Positions 1 to 7,580 of a stretch of 64,000 nucleotides of DNA are shown here, one piece after another. Location of the stretch: positions 5,358 through 69,357 of the forward strand of contig CAWIFZ010000007.1 of assembly GCA_963835415.1 (NCBI GenBank). Reading direction: 5' to 3'. How positions within the stretch are numbered: the stretch's first letter is position 1; each line of letters begins with the position of its first letter. Both the position numbers and the translations under genes were made by a program. Source of the stretch: an uncultured Actinomycetes bacterium (GTDB lineage Bacteria > Actinomycetota > UBA4738 > HRBIN12). The notes under the pieces are model-generated. The model saw only the letters and a program-made list of their open reading frames with translations. It was not told where the DNA came from and ran no database searches.

Positions 1-13
1 ACAATTCCTTGTG

Positions 14-38
14 ACTTGTCAAGTATCGTGATATATCA
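14..38 (+). promoter_or_regulatory. Two palindromes in AT-rich MarR upstream region (putative operator/promoter)
   Basis: ACTTG-T-CAAGT at 14-24 and perfect 10-bp palindrome TGATATATCA at 29-38. Possible TTGTGA-17-TATATC promoter. The only AT-rich stretch before the MarR ATG at 87. Confidence 0.4.
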
Positions 39-86
39 AAGGTCGAGAGACATGAAGTATCATCAGGGTAGCGCGGAGGAGGGGCG

Positions 87-614
87 ATGACGTCAGAGCG
101 AACGGCCGCGAATGATCCTGCTGTCGAGGCGGCTGCCAGCGACGTCTGGCGGCTGATGGCGGAGTTCACGTGGAGCCGGATGCAGCGCGGTCAGGCGTTC
201 CACGCGCTGAAGTCCCTCGGATTGACGCCGGGCCATCTCCGGGTGCTGCAAGCCCTGGAACCGGACGAGGCGATCTCGATGGGTTCGATCGCCGACGTCC
301 TGCAGTGCGATCCCTCCATGGCGACATGGCTGATCGATCGCCTCGAAGAGCGCAAGCTGGTGGAGCGCAAGATGCTCACCACCGATCGTCGCGTCAAGAT
401 CGTGAGCCTCACGCGCCGCGGCGTGCGGGTGAAGACCAAGGTCCTCGCGCATCTGCTGGAACCCCCACCGGAGTTGCTGACGCTGGGCATGGAACGTCTC
501 GAAGCGCTCCGCGGCGCGCTGAGCGCCCTCCCGCCCTCGGAGCGGCGGCACGCACACGGACGAGGCGAAAGCCGGCACGGCGCCTCGAGGGTGCGAGGCG
601 TGGGAACGTCCTAG
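87..614 (+). CDS. MarR family transcriptional regulator
   Basis: 175-aa ORF with a winged-helix core (LTPGHLRVLQAL, SMGSIADVL, LIDRLEERKLVERK, DRRVKIVSLTRRG). SD GGAGGAGGGG just upstream of the ATG. Confidence 0.85.
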   Translation: MTSERTAANDPAVEAAASDVWRLMAEFTWSRMQRGQAFHALKSLGLTPGHLRVLQALEPDEAISMGSIADVLQCDPSMATWLIDRLEERKLVERKMLTTDRRVKIVSLTRRGVRVKTKVLAHLLEPPPELLTLGMERLEALRGALSALPPSERRHAHGRGESRHGASRVRGVGTS

Positions 615-1378
615 GAGGAGCCTGCGACAACCACCCGCGGGATGTGTTCGACGAAGTCGTCGTAGAGCGCAAGCGAGTCGGCGACGTCGTCGAGGCTGGC
701 GGTCGCCCGGCGGCGGAACACCATCACACGGGTGCCCGAGACCTCGAAGCCGACACCGGGGCTTCGCTGCTGTAGCCACTGCATCATCCGAGCATCGACG
801 AACGCGCTCGCGAACCGCGCGTCGTCGGCGCGGACCTGGAACGCGCGGTTGAACTCCTCCAGTTCCATGTTGATCTGAGGAACGCCGATCGCGTCGCGGA
901 GACGCGACACGAGCCGTTCGGGGACGACGGTCAGGTCGGACCAGCCGGCCATCGACGGTCCGATCACGCACGTGTAGCGCTCATAGTCGTCGACCTGCTC
1001 AGCCGCGGTCGGCGCGAACCAGTAGTCGGCGATCACGATCTCCTGGCCGCCGTGCGATCCGGTGGCGGTGTTCTCGATCTGCCGCACCGATCCGGCCCAA
1101 TGGAACACAGTGAACGGCAGGTCGAGCAGGCCGAGCGGATCGCCGACCTGCGGTGTGAAGGCGAGCGCCTCCGTCTGACCCCGGAACGAATCGCGCCGCG
1201 GCAGGACCCGGAACCGAAATCCCAGCCAGAACGTGCCGCCGACGATCACGACGAGCACGAACATCTCGCGTGCCACCTGGCCCGCCTCCCGGTTCCCCGT
1301 GAGGAACAGCAGCCCCGTTCCGGCCACCAAGAAGACGCCGAGGCCGATCAGCATCCGTTGCGCGGTCGTCGCTCTCAT
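611..1378 (-). CDS. Membrane protein, DUF3137-like (two N-terminal TM helices)
   Basis: Internal ATG at 1378 (MRATTAQRMLIGLGVFLVAG...) preceded by GGAGGAGG. The longer listed ORF start (1495) has no SD. Two TM helices followed by a soluble domain. Confidence 0.6.
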   Translation of the reverse strand: MRATTAQRMLIGLGVFLVAGTGLLFLTGNREAGQVAREMFVLVVIVGGTFWLGFRFRVLPRRDSFRGQTEALAFTPQVGDPLGLLDLPFTVFHWAGSVRQIENTATGSHGGQEIVIADYWFAPTAAEQVDDYERYTCVIGPSMAGWSDLTVVPERLVSRLRDAIGVPQINMELEEFNRAFQVRADDARFASAFVDARMMQWLQQRSPGVGFEVSGTRVMVFRRRATASLDDVADSLALYDDFVEHIPRVVVAGSS

Positions 1379-1581
1379 CGGACCTCCTCCAGGCATCATC
1401 GGCTCAGAGGAACGCTCGATTGACACCGAGACCCGTCCGGCGGCGGGTACAGATGTGCAAGGCGGTCGGACTCTCCAACACCGTCGTGTCGGCATCCCCG
1501 AAACCCTGCAGATTGGGGTTCCACGCCTCGGCTCGTTGAGATATACCTCTGCCGTTCAAGGAGAGGGAGAGGGAGGGCCGG

Positions 1582-1968
1582 ATGAAGCGGGCAGTAGTCA
1601 GCGTGATGACGACGATGCTCCTGGTGGGGGCGATCGTCATCTCGGCTCCGGCGAAGGCGATGCCGCGTGTCGAGGCGATCCGCGGCGCCACGATCACCTG
1701 CAGAGCCATCCACGTGCACGTGGGAGGTCCGCCGAACACGAACCTCGACCACGTGACCGGCTACCTCCGTGTGGACAACTGGGACACGGCGTCCGGACAT
1801 GACTGGCGAGGCTTCATCCGCGTGTGGTCATCCGTCGCGAACAAGTTCTGGCGGGCACGCGGGCACCTGGACGCCGACTCGTGGGACACGTACCACTTCT
1901 CGGTCTGGCTCCACGTGCCGAACCCCACCGCCACGGTCCATTGGCTGCCTCATTGCAGCTTGGCGTGA
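1582..1968 (+). CDS. Small secreted protein, unknown function
   Basis: 128 aa with signal-peptide-like N-terminus MKRAVVSVMTTMLLVGAIVISAPAKA. Purine-rich SD AAGGAGAGGGAGAGGGAGGG upstream. Confidence 0.6.
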   Translation: MKRAVVSVMTTMLLVGAIVISAPAKAMPRVEAIRGATITCRAIHVHVGGPPNTNLDHVTGYLRVDNWDTASGHDWRGFIRVWSSVANKFWRARGHLDADSWDTYHFSVWLHVPNPTATVHWLPHCSLA

Positions 1969-2094
1969 CGAAGCCTCAACCGGCTCCCTGACGCCGACCA
2001 ACGAGTGCGGGGTGCGACCGATCGGTCAGCACCCTTGCACGCGTACGGTGCGGGAACGGATCTCGGGTGGTCCGTCGGAGCGGGGAGGTTGGCG

Positions 2095-2763
2095 ATGGTG
2101 GGAACGGCGCGGGTCGAGCGGGCGGGCTGGTGGGGCGGGATCGTGTCGCTCTTCCTGATCGGGGCCGGGTTCTTCGCGATCGACGCCGGCGGGACGAACG
2201 GTCCGGATGCCCCCGTCGATCTCCTGGTGAACGACGTCATCTCGACCCAGGGACGGATCGTCGCCGGAAACATCGTCGGAGTGATCGGTGCCATCCTCTT
2301 GATCTGGTTCGCCTCCGCGCTTCGGCTCCGTCTCGCACGGGACGGCGAGCTCGGATCGACGATCGGGCTCGCCGCGTTCGGAGCGGCGCTGCTCATGAGC
2401 GCCGGCGCGTTGATCCACGCGTCGTTCCGCATGGCCATGACGTCGGTCGGGTCGCTGATCCTCGCCGAGGCGATGCGGCCACTCGCGATCCTCGGCGCGC
2501 ACACGTTCGATGTCTTCGCCTGGGGCATGATCGGGCTCGCCGTCGCCGTCAGCGTCGGGGGGTTCGCGGTCGGACTGATCCCCCGATCGCTCGCGGCGGT
2601 GGGCGCGATCATCTGCGTCGCCTCACTCGCGCTCGCCCCGAGCGGCCACGGAGGCGCTCTGCTGGCCCTCATCCCATGGCTGATGGGGGTCTGTGTGGTG
2701 TTGATCTACCGGGCATCGTCGAGCGCAGGATCGGTCGTCTCGAGACCGGCAGCGACACCCTAG
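2095..2763 (+). CDS. Integral membrane protein (about 6 TM), family unassigned
   Basis: ATG at 2095 preceded by GGAGG. Hydrophobic helices run throughout (GIVSLFLIGAGFFAI, IVGVIGAILLIWFASAL, and others). Confidence 0.6.
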   Translation: MVGTARVERAGWWGGIVSLFLIGAGFFAIDAGGTNGPDAPVDLLVNDVISTQGRIVAGNIVGVIGAILLIWFASALRLRLARDGELGSTIGLAAFGAALLMSAGALIHASFRMAMTSVGSLILAEAMRPLAILGAHTFDVFAWGMIGLAVAVSVGGFAVGLIPRSLAAVGAIICVASLALAPSGHGGALLALIPWLMGVCVVLIYRASSSAGSVVSRPAATP

Positions 2764-2788
2764 CCCTTCGGAGCGAGCGCTCGACCGA

Positions 2789-3166
2789 TCAGGTGTACTG
2801 GAACAGCCCCATCACGTTGCCCTCGGAGTCCTTGAAGTAGCCGAACGCACCCATCCCCGGGATCGGCGTGCTGGGCGTGATCACCGTGCCGCCCTCGGCC
2901 TCGACCTTCTTCAAGGCCTCTTCGACCGAGTCGACGCCGATCGTGATCACGGGTGTGGGCGTCTCCTTGCTGCGACTCATCAAGCCGCCGTTGATCGCCC
3001 CGGGCGTGGTGGGCCGCTGCGACTGATCGTCGATCGGCGTGGTCATCATGATCGTGTACTGCATGTCGGGAAAGTCCTGCATCTCCCAGTCGAACACCGT
3101 CGAGTAGAACGCCTTGGCGCGCTCCGCATCGTCGGCGGGGATCTCGAAGTGCACGACGCCATCCAT
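2789..3166 (-). CDS. VOC family protein (glyoxalase/bleomycin-resistance fold)
   Basis: 125 aa: MDGVVHFEIPADDAERAKAFYSTVFDWEM ... GAFGYFKDSEGNVMGLFQ, typical of the VOC fold. SD GGAAGGAG. Confidence 0.85.
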   Translation of the reverse strand: MDGVVHFEIPADDAERAKAFYSTVFDWEMQDFPDMQYTIMMTTPIDDQSQRPTTPGAINGGLMSRSKETPTPVITIGVDSVEEALKKVEAEGGTVITPSTPIPGMGAFGYFKDSEGNVMGLFQYT

Positions 3167-3192
3167 GGCCGGCTCCTTCCGTTCGGGGTCTC

Positions 3193-3220
3193 TCCACCCT
3201 ACGACGGGTCGGCGAAACCC
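3193..3220 (-). repeat. Copy 1 of a perfect 28-bp element (plus strand TCCACCCTACGACGGGTCGGCGAAACCC)
   Basis: Identical 28-mer occurs again at 6287-6314. Both lie about 25-50 nt upstream of minus-strand start codons. On the coding strand it reads GGGTTTCGCCGACCCGTCGTAGGGTGGA and contains TAGGGT (TANNNT). Confidence 0.8.
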
Positions 3221-3249
3221 GCAGCGGGAATCTTGCCCGTACGAGGGTC

Positions 3250-3837
3250 TCAGCGGCGGACGCGATAGCGGATGTGCGTGGCCTCGGGCGTGTCGATCAC
3301 CCGAACGATCTCGAGCTCAACGCGCGACGGCAGCTCCTCGAACAGCCGTACGCCCCCACCGAATAGCACCGGGATCTGGTGGATCTGCAACTCGTCCAGC
3401 ACGCCTGCCTCGAGCGCCCGTTGCGCCGTGTACGCGCCGTGCACCATGACGTTGCGGTCCCCGGCGGCGGCCTTCGCCTGTGCCATGGCGCTTTCGATCC
3501 CGTCGAGGACGTACGTCACCAGCGGATAGTTCGCCACCGTCGGACCGGGCGGCCGGTGGCTGGGAACGAAGATCGGGACGCCGTGATGATCACCGCCCCA
3601 GTGGTCGACCTGTTCGACGGTACGCCGGCCCACCAGCACCGCGCCGGTCTCGTTCCACTCGTCCCACAGCTCCCCGCCCGGTCCCGACGGTCGGCCGAAC
3701 TCGCCGTCCGGGCCGACGATCCACTCGTGCAACCGGTCGAAGTCGTCGCCGCCCGGGTTATCCGGCCCGTCGTTCGGCCCCGAGATGTATCCGTCGAGCG
3801 ACATCGACATGTAGAGCACGGACGAGGACACGCTCAC
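3250..3837 (-). CDS. Dihydrofolate reductase family protein (RibD C-terminal domain)
   Basis: LYMSMSLDGYISGPND ... VMVHGAYTAQRALEAGVLDELQIHQIPVLFGGGVRLF. GTG start at 3837 overlaps the upstream TGA (GTGA). An ATG near 3810 is an alternative start. Confidence 0.8.
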   Translation of the reverse strand: MSVSSSVLYMSMSLDGYISGPNDGPDNPGGDDFDRLHEWIVGPDGEFGRPSGPGGELWDEWNETGAVLVGRRTVEQVDHWGGDHHGVPIFVPSHRPPGPTVANYPLVTYVLDGIESAMAQAKAAAGDRNVMVHGAYTAQRALEAGVLDELQIHQIPVLFGGGVRLFEELPSRVELEIVRVIDTPEATHIRYRVRR

Positions 3838-4286
3838 GTGTCGTGCCTCGTCTTCAACACCTTGCCCAGGGTCTCGAGGTACTCGGTCCAGCCCTCCACG
3901 AACCCGTCGCGATCCGCTTCGACCTCGAAACCGGTCTCGATCATCGTGAACCAGGTCCCGCCGTCGCGCTCCTCGAACGTGACGGTCATCTCGGTGTCGA
4001 GCGTGAGGCCGGTCTCGGCGAGCGCCATCGAATACCGAAGCTCGAGGCGGTGGGGACGGTCGACCACGGAGTACACGCGCGTCTCCGTGTCGGGCTCCCG
4101 TCCCTCCGGTCCCATCCGGACGATCGATGTGCCTCCGACGCGCACGTCGGTCTGGATCACCTCGACGTTCCAACCCCGCTGCTCGGCGCCGTGCAGCACC
4201 CCCTGCGAGGTCTTGTCGACGAAGGTGTCGAACACCGCCTCCGGCGGTGCGTCGTACTGCCGCTCGAGCCTCAGCTCGTAGGTCAT
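3834..4286 (-). CDS. SRPBCC family protein (Aha1/activator of Hsp90 ATPase-like)
   Basis: MTYELRLERQYDAPPEAVFDTFVDK ... FEERDGGTWFTMIETGF. The ATG at 4286 overlaps the TGA of the small upstream ORF (ATGA). Confidence 0.8.
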   Translation of the reverse strand: MTYELRLERQYDAPPEAVFDTFVDKTSQGVLHGAEQRGWNVEVIQTDVRVGGTSIVRMGPEGREPDTETRVYSVVDRPHRLELRYSMALAETGLTLDTEMTVTFEERDGGTWFTMIETGFEVEADRDGFVEGWTEYLETLGKVLKTRHDT

Positions 4287-4462
4287 GTCGCGTATTCCTG
4301 AGGGTGGTCGGCGCGGTCCTTCGCGATGGTCCGCTCGACGATGTCGAAGATCTCCGCGATCGAGAGGCCGTTCTGTTCGGCCGCTGCTGCGATGTCTTCG
4401 TATCGGATGTCCTTGTCTCCCATCTCGAGATGGGCATCCATACATCCACAGGTCAGACACAT
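4283..4462 (-). CDS. Small 59-aa protein with N-terminal CxxCGC motif (not in ORF track)
   Basis: ATG at 4462 preceded by GAGGAGGAGGAGGAG (4467-4481). Translation: MCLTCGCMDAHLEMGDKDIRYEDIAAAAEQNGLSIAEIFDIVERTIAKDRADHPQEYAT. Its stop overlaps the next start. Confidence 0.55.
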   Translation of the reverse strand: MCLTCGCMDAHLEMGDKDIRYEDIAAAAEQNGLSIAEIFDIVERTIAKDRADHPQEYAT

Positions 4463-4541
4463 GGCGCTCCTCCTCCTCCTCGATGCTGCGTCGGTCGACG
4501 GTGTGGACCTACCCCTGTCCGACCCGTGCGTAACCCGGTGC

Positions 4542-4940
4542 CTACTCGCCCCAGCCTGCCCACGGGTCGCGGAGCTCGGGCACCAGCTGCCAGTACTCGC
4601 GCAGATCGGTGCACAGGCCGTCGTCGTCGAACCGCATCAGCAGGTTGCCAACCAGCGTGAGCGGTTCGCCGCCACCGAGCATCCGCGTCCAGAACTCGAC
4701 GACCACGCGGTCGCCCTCGATCACCGGCTGGCCCATCCACACCTTCACGTCGGATTGCGTGGCGGTGACGGTGCTCCAGTACTCCTCGACGCCCTTCCGC
4801 CCGAGGTACGGCTCCTCGAAGATGTTCGACCGGTACGACGAGTCCTCCGCGAACAGCGCGACCGCGGCCGGCGTGTCGGCGTGCTCCCACGCCTGCCGGT
4901 ACGCCTCGGCCCACGCCATCACCTGCGCCGTCGTCGGCAT
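4542..4940 (-). CDS. Nuclear transport factor 2 / SnoaL-like family protein
   Basis: MPTTAQVMAWAEAYRQAWEHADTPAAVALFAEDSSYR ... Internal ATG at 4940 preceded by GGGAGG. Confidence 0.75.
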   Translation of the reverse strand: MPTTAQVMAWAEAYRQAWEHADTPAAVALFAEDSSYRSNIFEEPYLGRKGVEEYWSTVTATQSDVKVWMGQPVIEGDRVVVEFWTRMLGGGEPLTLVGNLLMRFDDDGLCTDLREYWQLVPELRDPWAGWGE

Positions 4941-5018
4941 CGTCGAACCTCCCTCGCTCGTTCCGGCGAACCCTACTGCGCGCACCGGCAGGACACCGCG
5001 ACGGCATCTCGCTGAGTC

Positions 5019-6263
5019 TCAGACGCCCCGACGAGCGGTGTGGAGACGAAGGGTGCCCGATATGCCCTTCAGTTCGACGGCTCCGATCTCCGTGAACGTG
5101 ATGGACGTTCCGTCGGCGGCGTCCACGACGTCCTGGGTGACCAGCACCTCGCCGGGTCTGGCGTACTCGGCGATCCTGGCCGCGGCGTTCACCGTGCGGC
5201 CGAAGTAGTCGCCTTCCTGGAAGACCACCGGCCCGGCCTGGATCCCGACGCGGGCGGGGGGAAGGGCATGCGCCGCCACGCCCGCGACCATGTCGAGGGC
5301 GGCCAGCACGCTCTGGCCGGGATCCGGGAAGAAGAACATCACGCCGTCCCCGAGCCATTTGACGGCCTGGCCTCCGTGCCCCTGCGAGGACCGTCGTACG
5401 AGGCCGGCCAGCGTCGCCGCCAGCTCTGCCGCAGCTTCGTCCCCTCGCTCATCGGTCAGGCGGGTGTACCCGCTGATGTCGAGGAAGCTCACCGCCGGCG
5501 GCCGGTGCACCCGGGTGTGCAGGCCCGCTCGCTCCAGCGCAGCCTCGACGTCCTCCACGGCACTCTTGCTCCAGGCGTGTTCTTGTTGCACGCGGTAGAT
5601 GCCGATCAGGGCCTGCTCGAGCATGGGCGTCATCTCGGACCCGGACTGGGCTTGGGCATCCAGCATCTCGGGCTCCGTCATCCCTCCTTCGAGGAGGGGC
5701 AACTCGACCTCGGTCCTCCACCAGTCCGTTTCCGTCTCGGCGATCCGACGCAGACCGTCGGCGCAGACGCGCAGCCACCCCTCGATGATCGCGGGCCGGA
5801 ACCCCATCTTGAGTTGGAGTTCGATCGCCGACACGACCGACAACTCGTCCACGCGGACGTGGTCCTCGGGCCGCGGCTCGGCGAAGCCCACCGCCTCGCG
5901 GACCACCCGCAAGAGGTCGAAGGGGATCCCCGTTCCATCGCTCAGCTGCTGGAAGGTCGTATCGCTGACCCCGGCGAACCGGTCGAAGGCGCTCGAGTCG
6001 AGATAGGAGAACGAAAGCACTCCCTCTCGTACGGCGGCGGCCATCCCCTCGAGCGGAACGCCGGCGTCCTCCCAGCTGCGCACCCAACGCGCGCGGCGCA
6101 CGTCACCGGTGGAGAACGCGTCGCCCGTGCCGGGGGTCAGGATCCCGAGCTCGACCAACCGGTCGACGTACTCCGGATGAACGCCGGCCCTGCGGGCCAC
6201 GTCTTGGCGTGTGTACTCGCCCACGAGCGACGTCGTCGGAGCTGTCCCTCCGACGCCATCCAT
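5019..6263 (-). CDS. MerR-like HTH domain fused to class III adenylate/guanylate cyclase
   Basis: Start MDGVGG at 6263 with SD GGAAGGAG. N-terminal YTRQDVARRAGVHPEYVDRLVELGIL. C-terminal cyclase motifs FLDISGYT, VKWLGDGVMFFF, GRTVNAAARI. The listed 774-aa ORF is read-through over the next gene. Confidence 0.85.
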   Translation of the reverse strand: MDGVGGTAPTTSLVGEYTRQDVARRAGVHPEYVDRLVELGILTPGTGDAFSTGDVRRARWVRSWEDAGVPLEGMAAAVREGVLSFSYLDSSAFDRFAGVSDTTFQQLSDGTGIPFDLLRVVREAVGFAEPRPEDHVRVDELSVVSAIELQLKMGFRPAIIEGWLRVCADGLRRIAETETDWWRTEVELPLLEGGMTEPEMLDAQAQSGSEMTPMLEQALIGIYRVQQEHAWSKSAVEDVEAALERAGLHTRVHRPPAVSFLDISGYTRLTDERGDEAAAELAATLAGLVRRSSQGHGGQAVKWLGDGVMFFFPDPGQSVLAALDMVAGVAAHALPPARVGIQAGPVVFQEGDYFGRTVNAAARIAEYARPGEVLVTQDVVDAADGTSITFTEIGAVELKGISGTLRLHTARRGV

Positions 6264-6286
6264 GGATGCTCCTTCCGTCGGGTCCT

Positions 6287-6314
6287 TCCACCCTACGACG
6301 GGTCGGCGAAACCC
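6287..6314 (-). repeat. Copy 2 of the perfect 28-bp element
   Basis: Identical to 3193-3220. Flanks are also similar down to the SD (CTCCTTCCG on the plus strand), giving roughly 55 nt of shared leader. Confidence 0.8.
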
Positions 6315-6364
6315 CTCGGCCGCCGCCCGGCGCGACGGCGGGGGTATCCGCTGAGCAGGTCGCG

Positions 6365-7471
6365 TCAGGCGGCGACCGTCGCGGCGGGCACGGATGCCGA
6401 CGTGCGACGCACGAGCTGCTTCACGATCCACCGCGCGTCGCGGCTCACCCCCGGGATCACGTCCGACGCGACCGCGAACTGGAACGGGAGCCCCATGAAG
6501 TACAGGCCCGGCTCGCTCGTGACGACGCCGCGCTCGTGCATCGGCGCCCCGTCCTCGCCGAAGATCGGCAGGTCGATCCACGACAGGTCCTGACGGAAGC
6601 CGACGCACCACACGACGTTCGTGACGTCGTCGAGCACCTCGCCGCCCTCGACCACCGGCTTGCCGTCGCGGATGTCGATCGTCCGACCGACGTTCACGAC
6701 GCCGGCCGCCTCGAGCCACTTCGGCTTCACGCGCACGAGCATGTCGCCCTTCGCGGACATACTCGCGATCGCCTTGCGTCCGATCGGGTTGCGGCGCGTG
6801 AACACGTGCACGCCCAGGAACCGGATCAGGTGGAACACGACGTTGCGCGCGATCCAGCCGTCGATGTCCGGACGGATGTGCCCGGTCGGGCTCCCCGACA
6901 TCGTGGTCGGGTGGGTCTTCACGACCTCCATCGCGATGTCGGCTCCCGAGTTCCCGACGCCGACGATGAGCACACGACCGTCCCGCAGCTGGGACGGGTT
7001 CCGGTACGCGCTGGAGTGCAGCTGGACGATCGACGGATCGAGGTCGGCCGCGAACGATGGGACCCGCGGGTCCCGGTGCGCCCCCGACGCCACGACGACG
7101 TTCGTCGCCTCGAACGTGCGATCCCCCGCGGACACGACGTATCGATCCCCGTCGCGCCGCACGCCGTCGACACGCACGCCCGTGCGCACCGGCAGCCGGA
7201 ACCGCGTCGCGTACGCCTCGAGGTAGTCCGCCAACTCGTCCTTCGTGGGGCTCGTCGAGTCCTTGGACGGGAACGGCATCCCGTCCAAGGCGCACGCCCA
7301 CGTCGGCGTGAAGAGCCGGAGCGAGTCGTAGCGCCGGCGCCACACGTCACCGACGCGCTCGTCCCCGTCCAGGATCACGAACGAGCGTCCCGCTCGCTGC
7401 AGGTGGTACCCCGTCACCAGGCCGGCCTGACCGGCACCGATCACGATCGTGTCGAAGCGTTCCGTCTGCAT
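6365..7471 (-). CDS. Flavin-containing monooxygenase / NAD(P)/FAD-dependent oxidoreductase
   Basis: 368 aa. Two dinucleotide folds (DTIVIGAGQAGL and VLIVGVGNSGADIA). VLDGDERVGDVWRRRYDSLRLFTP is typical of CzcO/FMO-like enzymes. Confidence 0.85.
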   Translation of the reverse strand: MQTERFDTIVIGAGQAGLVTGYHLQRAGRSFVILDGDERVGDVWRRRYDSLRLFTPTWACALDGMPFPSKDSTSPTKDELADYLEAYATRFRLPVRTGVRVDGVRRDGDRYVVSAGDRTFEATNVVVASGAHRDPRVPSFAADLDPSIVQLHSSAYRNPSQLRDGRVLIVGVGNSGADIAMEVVKTHPTTMSGSPTGHIRPDIDGWIARNVVFHLIRFLGVHVFTRRNPIGRKAIASMSAKGDMLVRVKPKWLEAAGVVNVGRTIDIRDGKPVVEGGEVLDDVTNVVWCVGFRQDLSWIDLPIFGEDGAPMHERGVVTSEPGLYFMGLPFQFAVASDVIPGVSRDARWIVKQLVRRTSASVPAATVAA

Positions 7472-7580
7472 GGCGTCCTCCTTCGTGTCGATGGGAGGAC
7501 GCTAGGGCCGGGGACCAGGTGCGCCGCATCGACGGAACCCACCAACCTGCGACCGCGCGGGCATGGTGCGAACGCACCAC

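Noticed and set aside
1487-1492. TGTCGG upstream of the secreted-protein gene, considered as a fourth ECF42-like site
   Set aside because: The sequence 17 nt downstream is AGATTG, with neither the GTT nor the YGT element.
3198-3209. CCC-TACGAC-GGG hairpin with an ACGA-containing loop inside the 28-bp repeat, considered as a guanidine-II (mini-ykkC)-like element
   Set aside because: The ACGA loop is only on the plus strand, antisense to both downstream genes. The loop is 6 nt rather than an ACGR tetraloop, and there is no tandem partner hairpin.
6264-7343. N-terminal 360 aa of the listed 774-aa ORF (5019-7343)
   Set aside because: This portion overlaps the FMO gene out of frame and is Arg-rich junk. 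A strong SD plus ATG at 6263 begins the recognisable MerR-like domain.
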